A stretch of 64,000 nucleotides of DNA from Eledone cirrhosa (taxonomy: Eukaryota): NCBI GenBank assembly GCA_964016885.1, contig OZ024758.1, positions 4,464,001-4,528,000 of the forward strand, in the 5' to 3' direction. Positions 53,930 to 64,000 of this stretch are shown one piece after another. Position 1 is the first letter of the stretch, and each line of letters starts with the position of its first letter. The notes beneath the pieces were generated by a model. It saw nothing but the letters and a program-made list of their open reading frames with translations. It did no database searches and was not told the origin of the DNA. The position numbers and the translations under genes are program-made.

Positions 53930-54420
53930 TAAAATAATACTTCAGCTACATTAACCTACATCATAATACCCAAAGTAAGATGTAGAACTATATAAACCAT
54001 TATCCATCAAAACATTCCCTGTATTTAGACAAGAACCAAGATCGTAAAAAAGCAGTTAAACTAAACAAAATAAACAAGTCAAAAATACTTAAAGCTCTAT
54101 AAAACCCAACACAAATTCAATACTAACAAACAAAAGGTGTCGTGACTCTAACCACTATTCCTGCAACAGACTTATTGAAGACATATCGCATGCATTTAAA
54201 TCAGAAGACGATTTTATTGCTACAAAATCAATTTGACTGTTGGCTAAAACTTGTAATATCTGTTGTAAAATGAAAAGGACGTCAGGATGATTAAAAATAG
54301 CTACGAAATCTTCTAGAGAAGCAGAATGACACTTCATCGTTTAGAAATACTTGATACCAGTACAAGACAGATTTCACTTAGTGAGCGTTTCCTTCTAGAC
54401 ATTAGACAGTAGATTCTTAT
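53930..54420 (+). mobile_element. Possible decayed Penelope-like (Neptune-type) ORF remnant
   Basis: A-rich fragments (IIHQNIP.., KRCRDSNHYSCNRLIE) resemble the PLE RT-to-endonuclease linker and Cys knuckle. Heavily frameshifted. Confidence 0.3.
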
Positions 54421-54759
54421 CATAAAAATATATTGAGATAGGAAATAAAATAACACGATAAGAAACTAAACAAAGTACATAGGATTAGCTAGAAATCGAG
54501 ATAGAGTAAAATGTGTAAAGGTGGAGGAGTGATAGCCTGTGATACAACAAACCAAAATTTGTTTTAAATACTTATCTAAGAAAAAGGTTATTGATTCGAA
54601 TGAAAATATTGGATAAGGAAGGTACAAACGGATGGAAATAATATATAGGAGATGTAGTATTACCATAGCATTTTCAAAATTTCATCGTTCTCGCTCTAAT
54701 CGATCGACAAAATCTCACACCTCATTCACTTGCCGAGTGGAGTAGACCTCGTCAAATGT

Positions 54760-54945
54760 GACAAAGAAAACAATGTCTCTATTGGTCTTTCCTTTGCTGA
54801 TATTATCTACAGGTCGCAACTCTTGGCAGAAATAACAACGTGAAATAAAATGAATTTCTTAAGGACACAACGCATCACCCGGTCCGAGAATTGAATTCGC
54901 AACCTTACGATTGCGAATCCAACTCTCTACCCATTAAGCCATGAG
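54760..54945 (-). mobile_element. SINE S2-related copy
   Basis: Minus-strand TGGCTTAATGG..AATTCAATTCTCGG..TTGTGTCCTTAAG. Confidence 0.55.
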
Positions 54946-55237
54946 TGTTTTTATTTTAATACTCAGGCAGTTGTCTCCACCAACACAAAATTATCGCCTT
55001 CACCCACAATATCTCTCTTTCTCTTCTGGTTTCAGTCTTAGTACTGCGACTATGCTAGAGCAAAGCCTAAAGTAATATCAAGTCTATTGTATCTGATGTA
55101 GTACAGTGGTTGTATATGATTTATCATCTTCAGATTTAGAGAATGTAAACATGATATTAAATTTATTAAACCAAACATTTCAATGAATATCATTTTAAAT
55201 GTTATTATACGATATATCCGACACCTATACAGACATG

Positions 55238-55556
55238 TACGAGAGGCTGATGAAAAGTTCCTTAGCTTGATCGCTACTGCAGAGGCCTGGCTGTAGACCC
55301 AACCTCCCGAGTTATTTTTTATGGCTTAGAAAAACTGAAGGACCGCTGCAATATGTGTGTGAATCTGAGAGTGGTATATGTTAAATAATGTTATAATTAA
55401 CTGCTTTTTGTTATGACACATTTGTTGCTTCAACAGTACAACCACCTTACAAGATCAACTGAGTGCTTATTAGCAGGGCACAAGTACAACTATATTAACT
55501 GATCCTCCTCTATTTTCTTTTACCTAACGCCAAGAATGTCCAGCACGCTCTCTTAT
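55238..55556 (+). mobile_element. Mariner-derived MITE retaining the transposase C-terminus
   Basis: TIR TACGAGAGGCTGATGAAAAGTTCC. It encodes GLEKLKDRCNMCVNLR..YVK*, resembling the mariner GI.KL..RW.KC..G.YVE. Confidence 0.65.
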
Positions 55557-56071
55557 ATAATTAATATCTCGGTTACAACTGTGGATACATTCTTGTAAAT
55601 TCAGCACTCTACAATGACATTGCAATACAGCGTAAATAGAAATACCGGCCTGATAGCGTATTTTTAACAATGATATAACTACATATAAAAATGATGGACA
55701 ACGATAAACGACTGAAAAGCCCAGACCTTTCTGTCGCAGCATCCTAGCATTTATAATTATATACAAAGGCTAACACAATGTCATGTTAGACAGACTTGGT
55801 AATATATATCTATGGGAAAATTAGTTCAATTAATTAAGATATAATTTTATAATACGTAAAACCAAGTTAAATTGATGTCTAATGACCTATCAACTTTTAA
55901 TTGATTGGAAAAGCAGCCATGATTATAAAACAAAATAAACATCTACGATTTCATGATATACATACACACATATGTTGTTTAATTTTCGAAGGTGTTTTGT
56001 ACGGATTCTTAAATCTTATTTCATGAATCAATTTGTGGTAACACGATCTCTCTCTCTCTCTCTCTCTCTCT

Positions 56072-56115
<44 letters not shown>

Positions 56116-56261
56116 GATATATAGATATATATAAACATGAGGGTCATAATTATATTTACATATATACATTTCTCTCTCTCCCTGTCTCTCTATTTGATGT
56201 GTAGATATAAACATTAAATTTTGTTCGTCTGTTCCAGTATAATTCATTAACATTTTGGAAA

Positions 56262-56385
56262 GAGTTACGGCCCTTTATGATCTGAGCTCAAATCCCGCCG
56301 AGGTTAACTTTGCCTTTCATCCTTACAGCGTCGATAAAATAATGTACCAGTCACGCACTGGGGGCGGTTTAATCGACTTTCCCCT
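56262..56385 (+). mobile_element. SINE S1 fragment
   Basis: CTCAAATCCCGCCGAGGTTAACTTTGCCTTTCATCC. Confidence 0.8.
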
Positions 56386-57724
56386 CGTTAAACAATCTCA
56401 AATAGCACTTAATCTAAGACATGCATAATATAATATTCTCAGTCATATCCAAATATTTGTAAAAAAAAATCATATGTTAACGCTTAATCCCCGATTAAAT
56501 ATTGAATTCCTTCGTTATATATCAGTAGAATGAGATTAATTTCGCGCTGTCTTGGTTTTGCGGCTATTTAAAGATAATGCTATATATGTTCAGCAATATG
56601 TACGGGCTGGATTCAAAGATAGAAATCTACAAGTAAGTACTTTACCAGATGTTCCCGTATGGACCTTTGATTTTTCATTTGCCTTTCAAAAGAGTGAGAT
56701 CCGGCCAGTAGTAATGGCGGCTCTGGAGACAAGTAGTTTAATAAAAAGACAGAAGAACCTGAAATAATAGAAGATAGAAATGCGAAAAATTGGAGAAAGA
56801 AAAGATATCAATGAAATGTAAAATGATAATGAAAGAAATGAAAAATAAGACATAAGATAAACAAAGGAATTAAAGAGAATAATGAAATGGAGGAGTGAAA
56901 GAATAAATAATGTTAGTAATAAAATGTGAAAAAAATATCAATATAAATTACGATTGGAATAAAAAAAATATAGCACAAAAAAAAGCCCATAAATAAATGA
57001 ATACGGATAGAGAGTGTGAGATAGATGGGTGGATAAGTTGAGATTTGAGAGAATACGAAATAAATCAGAGGAAACATCTGGTAATAAGTATTATTGTTTT
57101 ATTTTGTCTTACTTATATTGTTAAATCTGAAGAATTCAATGACAAGACAGTCTTATACATACTGCTAATGTCGTGACAATACCAAAAGTTAGAGAGTAAA
57201 GCATCTCCGATCGTTTCCAGTTTCACATCTTTCAACGTTTTTTTGTTTAGTTATTTGTGTCTTAGAGGGTTTTGATGTAGGCATATAAATCAGGAATATT
57301 CTTTGAAGCAGAGCAATAAAGTCGAAGATACGCAATGAATAAATATATAAAAAAAAAAGATAAATGAGGAAATATGTCTCCATAAAAATCATCATCGTCT
57401 GATATACAGGGGCAAATATATTCCAATAAAAACAAAAAAAAACAATATCTTTTCTTATACAATGAGAGATTTTATAAGAAAGCTTTTCGATTGCCGACGT
57501 ACGTTGAATAAGAATTTTAGAATTGTAAATGGCGCCAGGAAAACTGGTGATTTAGAAGTTTTGTGTGATAGCAGAGACGAGTGTTTAAAAGAGAAAGGAT
57601 TATGTCTTAGATAGTAAGGACTAGAAAAAGGTGAGAAATGCCCCTTGAGAGATTTAAAAAGAAATATCAGTCAGATTACGGGGAGTTGATAAGATGGTAA
57701 AATTATCTTCTCTACCGTGTAGAA

Positions 57725-57785
57725 TATATATATATATATGTACGTAAAATCATGTATATATATGTATGTATACATATATATAAAT

Positions 57786-57845
<60 letters not shown>

Positions 57846-57859
57846 ACATATATATAAAT

Positions 57860-57911
<52 letters not shown>

Positions 57912-57925
57912 ACATATATATAAAT

Positions 57926-57965
<40 letters not shown>

Positions 57966-57989
57966 ACATATATATAAATACACACACAC

Positions 57990-58020
<31 letters not shown>

Positions 58021-58222
58021 TGTATGTATGTATGTATGTATGTATGTATGTATGTATGTATGTATGTATGTATGTGTGTGTGTGTGTGTGTGTGTGCGTG
58101 CGTATCGAGAGACAATAAGAGAGACATATATGCATATGGGAGCTGGAGTGGGATTGGGTGTAGGTTAATTTCTACTTGTGTTTTTTTTTTTTTACTTACT
58201 GGTATATTTGCATTCCAATGCC

Positions 58223-58314
<92 letters not shown>

Positions 58315-58345
58315 CATTTACGTATATATATATATATATATATGA
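57725..58345. repeat. Compound (TA)/(TATG)/(CA) arrays including a x4 higher-order unit
   Basis: Direct reading of the sequence. Confidence 0.9.
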
Positions 58346-58511
58346 ATTTATTTATTTTAGGTGGTCATGACTGCTATTGAACACATCATAACATGCTGCA
58401 TGGTCGAATACTTGCTCACTAAAATTTGAAAGATTAATTGCTTGTCATATTTGCCTAAATTTAGCATTTGTTGTATATATATATATATTTATATATATAA
58501 ATAAATACTTG

Positions 58512-58669
58512 AAAAAAGGAAAAGAATGACATCACTTGTAGCTCTAAACAATTTGATTTAATTTTATAATATTATAATATTATGAGTTGACTAACTCATA
58601 ATATTATAATATTATAAACTTACATCAAATTGTTTAGAACCACAAATGAAGTCATTCTATTCCTTTTTT
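58512..58669. repeat. Imperfect ~77-bp-arm palindrome with a 4-nt loop, in TA-rich context
   Basis: Centre ..ATTATGAGTT-GACT-AACTCATAAT..; outer arms AAAAAAGGAAAAGAATGAC / GTCATTCTATTCCTTTTTT. Confidence 0.8.
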
Positions 58670-58855
58670 AAAATATACCTAACTGTACCAAGGATTTCAC
58701 ACATTTTTCAATATATATATATATATATGTTGTATGGTTGCTTGGATGCGTCCATAGGCGGTATGCCGGTTGAGCACTCTATGCTCCTTCGGAGCAGAGT
58801 ATGATAATATGGAAAACGAAGAATCAGTGATGCATCGGAACACAATTTATTATAA

Positions 58856-58886
<31 letters not shown>

Positions 58887-58904
58887 TGTATGTATGTATG
58901 TATG

Positions 58905-59325
58905 TATTGGGAGAGATGACACCTTAGCCTTTGTCAAGGCAGAATTCTAGGAGAAGGAAAACTCTGATATAACACCTGCAACCCTGATGGTATCCAATGA
59001 TGTTGACTTGTTCTTCTTTTTGGTAAATATCATCTTGGTTAAGAGAGTGGGACTGGCGGCTTTGTGCAGTGCCTTTGCTCATTATAAAAGCTTCACGGTA
59101 CAGGCATTGCTTTATATCTGGAGATCTCTCTGGACTTGTCATCACATGGTACCATGGGCCCAGCACTATGTGTCAATAATTGTCGCAAGTGTAGTGTTTG
59201 TACCAGAGTTTTCAAGTCGCTGGCTGGACTAAAAATTCACACTCGTTCAGCGCATCAGTAGGGGTTCTCCTACATGGATATAAAGTAGTGGCCGTACTCG
59301 AAAACGAGTTGGCAACCACCATGTA
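58905..59325 (+). mobile_element. Non-autonomous RTE derivative R1 (5'-truncated)
   Basis: Close reverse-complement match to 43846-44260, with (TATG)n on both flanks. Confidence 0.8.
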
Positions 59326-59328
59326 TGT

Positions 59329-59758
59329 ATACGAGAGGATGCTGAAATGATCCTGGCTTTGCGTAAAATGATACAGGATGATCAGTTAAATATGATTATA
59401 CTCATCATATTCCCCTCTGAGATTAATAGTTATTCAAACCAGTCAACTCTCCCCATCCGACGGGGAAATCTCCCACCCACTTTGGGCTGGTTGAGAGATG
59501 TCTTCTCTTGTGAAAATGGGTATAACTTTCATTATGTAAAATCTCCCCATTTTGCCTCATTATTCCCAGCTTTGGGGCAGTTTTTTTTTCATGGTACTCC
59601 CCGTTTGGATTTTTAGAGGTTCGCAGGTCTGCTTTTTGCAGTGGCCCTTCAGTTTTTCCAAACCCTGTAAAAAGAACTCGGAAGTTTATGAGTTTATGCC
59701 TCAGGCCAAGACTCTATAGCAGCAATCAAGCCAGAAACGTTGCAGCACACCCTCCTAT
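59329..59758 (-). mobile_element. Mariner-derived MITE (same family as 55238) with a nested MITE M1 at 59435-59631
   Basis: TIR TACGAGAGGATGCTGAAA..; CCTTCAGTTTTTC matches the reverse complement of 55330-55345. M1 ends are CAAACCAGTCAAC / GTTCGCAGGTCTG. Confidence 0.65.
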
Positions 59759-60575
59759 ATATATATATATTCTCTAATTTATTTATTCTTAGCACGCTTA
59801 CATAATCATAGTTTAGAGACAATAACTCATAGATTACACCACGTCATCTATCTACCCAGCCAACGTTTTAACTACCCATCCAGACACCCATTCATTCATA
59901 CACTACTTTCTGCACATATCTCCTTACAAAAATATCTTAGTTGCTTAGACACAGAGTTAATACGTCAAGCGGATTTTTCATAATCGCATTATTTAACGTA
60001 TTTCAACCTCCTGGCTGATTATTCATTTTCGGTCGTTCGTTTATTCCGGGATATCAATATCTAGTTGTTGCTCGGTGACAGAGAATATTCCTATTTTAAA
60101 CGCCATCTTAGTTTAACGACGATACTACATTAGTAGAAATAGACCACCCCTATCTTGTCAGTTTTGAATCTACCAGCAAGAAAAAGAAGAAGAAGAAGGA
60201 GGAGAAGGAGAAGATAGAAGAAGAAGAAGAACAACAACAAGGATAATAAGAATGGAAAGAGCCGACTTCTCGAGTTTTCCATAGTTTTGCAATGTAATAT
60301 TGTGTTACATGTCTTAATTAAAATGGATTAATATGATGTCATATGTTAGCAGCCATTTTGTATTTTATTATTGTTTTGTTTTTCTTTCGAAATGTTGATA
60401 ACGATGGCGCTGGTGACTGGATTATATGGTTTGACATTTATTCTGCAGCATCAACAGTCATTGATAATGAGTATATGTTTGTGGGGTCCGTAACAACATG
60501 TCACATCTCCCATAAATAATGCGGCATTAAAGAAGGATTTCTAATTTAAAACCCGAGTGTTTTATGACGTACATG

Positions 60576-60655
<80 letters not shown>

Positions 60656-62151
60656 TGTAGTTCATGTCTGTTTGTTCACGAACTCCTCCTATGGCTTTGG
60701 AGATAAACCTCCATATCCATATATATTCAGACCCAGCTAAAATAAATATAGAGTTTTGGGTTTCAGTGAGCGTTAGATATGTGGAAGATGATTTTAGATA
60801 AAACTTAAGGATGCACCATTTTTGGATAATAACTGGACATGTAATCATTGTTGTTTAATTCTCATTGAAAGATTTGAAGAATATCTTACTAGAACCGAGG
60901 AATGAACGGAGAAAGGAATGAGAGAAATTGATTTCAAACAAGAACTGTAGAAAAGAGTAAGAGAATAAAGAAAATTGGATTAAAATGAAAATTTTAAAAA
61001 TACTGAATTGAAAATGAAATTTAAATGGATATGGTAATTAATGTCAACATACTGAGGACGTTTTTAACATTATTTTGTCAGCCAAATGTTAATAGCAGAA
61101 TGAAAAACTAAATCAAACTGTAAAGTTAAAATGAAAACAAATTTAAAACAAAAACGGTATGATGCAATCTCACAGAATAGTCAGGATGGAAAGAGAAATG
61201 TTGCGTTTTAAAAAACATACCAAGAAAGAATGAATGGCTCCTTAGACAAATAAAGAAGTAGTAATAAAAAATACAATTTCGGTTTGTAATATTAACAGAG
61301 TTAAACGAAGCGTGATAAGTGGCGCTGAGACGTAAAAATGGCCACATTAAAGAATGTGGAAAAGATGTCAGATGATAATAAAATGAAGGAAGGCGAGAAA
61401 TGAAGATGTCCATATTGGCTTTTGATGTTACCTATTGATGTTACATATCTTGTTTTTATTATTGTAGGTTTTTTCTTTTTTTCTTTTTTTACAGATTTGT
61501 ATGTTTTCTTTTCTGATACTATATGAAAACTGGAAAATTGTTGCTTCTCAAGTAATGACTGTTTCAACTTACCTACAAATAACGTTCAAATCAACTGCAT
61601 TATTACATTCAGAAAATAGCGTCAAATTGATTAGTGTTCATTGATGTTGCTTTTATTCGTTTTGTAAAATGTCACGCCTCTTCACAGTTGTGATACTAAT
61701 GAGAAGTCAGGCACAACTGAGTGTAGACTAAACTCTATTATACTGTAATTGTTTGTAGTGTAATGTTTTTAGTATTTTATATTAACTAACGTATATTGTA
61801 TTTTGAAGTAATACAGCCAAAAGCAAATATAGGAAAATGTAGGTTCTTTCAGAATATGATATTGACAATATCGAAATACTTTTTACTGGATATATAGACA
61901 TTTAAATCTATTAATGTAAGCAAACCGTAACAGATGCAGTTTGACAAATGATATAATCTTGGCCACCACGATAATGAGAATTGCCAGTCATGCAATTGTA
62001 GGTAACGTATATATACACAATTCAGTCATTTGTTTAAAGGTGAATAGATCTTCTAGTACCAGCCATATATGATGGTTTGTATGCATGAAAGGTTTCCCTC
62101 GTCATTATACTAAATGATGAGATCTCAGCAACATAATCTCCGAAAACATTT

Positions 62152-62201
62152 ATTATTTCTGAAGAGGTCACAGAATGTGTGACGAAAGAACTTTGACAAT
62201 A
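62152..62201 (+). ncRNA. Hammerhead motif, family H-C (stem I decayed)
   Basis: CUGAAGA-G-GUCACA(GAAUG)UGUGAC-GAA-AGAACU-U-UGACAAU. Downstream ATGACCCTCCCAAAGTATA matches 30129-30147. Confidence 0.6.
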
Positions 62202-63409
62202 TATAAACAACCATTTGGTTGTGGAACCAACCAACCAACCGGAAATTTATAAATTCCTAAATTTATAAATTTATTATAATAAATTAAAATGAAAGCAACT
62301 GGTGCGTGTGTTTCTTATTGGCAACATGACCCTCCCAAAGTATAACAGTTTATTATTTCATTATAGGAATTCTGCAAATTCGTTGCCCTCGTAACTCTTG
62401 TGAAGATCGAGTATATTTACTTGGAACTATACCCTTTAAATTCGTAAAATATAAAGGAAATTTAATGTTTTAGAATTCATAAAAATTATAATCAAATTGA
62501 ATCAAAACAAATTTTTAAAAAATATGCATGTTCGATCAACATGTACTACTTATTAATGTGAAAATGGTTTAGTTATTTTTTTTATTTTTACGTTTGTGGT
62601 TGAACTGTCAAATTACTGAGAATGTGAGGTAATGGAAGGATTAAAATCGATGTTAAATTGCAACAAATCGAATCAGATCCTGTAAAGAATAATCTATCTC
62701 ACCAACATTGATATTATGATACAAAGAAATAATAATGGCTATGACCTTGCTATATTCATAAAGGGTTTAGCCAGTATCAAAACCACATTTTTACTAAAAT
62801 CTGTAATTATGAAGGAAATTACAAGCGGTTCTTGAGCGTGAGAGTTGAATAATCTTTACACAAGACATTTCCTCTTCAAATTAATTCCAAGTGTTACTGG
62901 TCTATCATATATCGCATAACAAACGGTGTAGAAGCAGAGATAGGCTTGTGTTGTCATTTATTCCAAATCATAAATCATAAACGTTTGCTATAGTTGAATA
63001 TATAACTACATTGTTACAGTTACAATCCCATCTAATCCTCACAGAACGGACAAAACATTGCAATACTTCCTAACAAATTCCATTGATCTTACAATGCTGC
63101 AGCTGTGTAGACTAGTGAGCTGTTCCACGAGAAACTACTTACTCACACCTAGAAGGACATGATAATGAGTGTTAGCTCTCTTGTCCCTACTATTCACATG
63201 GATAACATTGATTAAATAAAGATGTTTTATCAATGATTTAGATGAGAAATAGCTCATCTTGAAGGCACCACTTGCATTCTTTACTCCAGGTTAGCAATAG
63301 GAAATCTTATTGGTTTTTCAATAGGGTGATCTCGAAATCTGCAATACAGCGGACACAGAGAATCATATATATCTATTTATCTAAATGTCAATCCCTTTCG
63401 CTTTCTCTC

Positions 63410-63474
<65 letters not shown>

Positions 63475-63567
63475 GGTGTGGGATGTTTAAAGCGTCCGTA
63501 AGCCGTTTGAGCACTTCTTGTGTGAGATATATATATATATATATATATAAATGAAGCAACGAAGTAA

Positions 63568-63624
<57 letters not shown>

Positions 63625-64000
63625 TATGAGTAGATAGATAGATAGATGTAACAGAGTGATAGACAGATATGTTGATACATAGACAGAGATGTAGGTAGTT
63701 AGTCAGACAAACAGATCTGTATATATATATATATATAGAGAGAGAGAGGGGGGAGGGAGGAAGATAGAGAGAGGGGGAAGAGAGAGAGAGAGGAGGAGGG
63801 AAGAGAGGGAGAGAAGAGAAGGAACTTGTAACCAATTCTAACCAATGAGTCTATAAAACTATGAAACACTAAGAGCCATCGCATGACACGGAAGTCCAAT
63901 GAACTATTGGAAGTAGGAATTAAAATTAGATTATAAAGGAAGAACAGCAGTAGTAGTAGTAGTAGTTGTTTTAGTTATAGTGGCAGTAGTAGTAGTTTGT

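Noticed and set aside
56594-56640. Possible 39-nt mini-exon (ttcag|CAATATG..CTACAA|gtaagt)
   Set aside because: Splice-like sites are frequent by chance in AT-rich DNA, and there is no recognisable peptide or partner exon.
58728-58855. Island starting TGTTGTATGG between microsatellites, possibly an LTR end
   Set aside because: Only one terminus is visible, which is insufficient to call.

Overview
AT-rich, microsatellite-saturated metazoan non-coding DNA. The SINE, RTE and microsatellite profile suggests a cephalopod (Octopus-like) genome; this is an inference. No host gene can be supported, and almost every ORF in the track is a microsatellite translation. The only long real ORF belongs to a 5'-truncated but uninterrupted RTE-clade LINE (minus strand, ~13816-17116) with partial APE, RT and three C2H2 fingers. 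It is accompanied by short non-autonomous RTE derivatives that share its 3' stem-loop. The rest is a TE graveyard: about 15 copies of one tRNA-derived SINE, Dong/R4, CR1, CRE, L1-like, Penelope-like, hAT, mariner, Helitron, MITE and solo-LTR remnants. The most notable signal is a dispersed set of minimal type-I hammerhead-ribozyme motifs (at ~9415, 29926, 36680, 42311, 46630/46835 and 62152, with 3' halves at ~3890, 37040, 42555, 45160, 47450 and 51370). They belong to several distinct sequence families, mostly sit in long fold-back inverted repeats, and are often next to (TA)n tracts. This is the architecture expected of Penelope-like pseudo-LTR or retrozyme-like non-autonomous elements. All structures were folded by eye and all boundaries are approximate.
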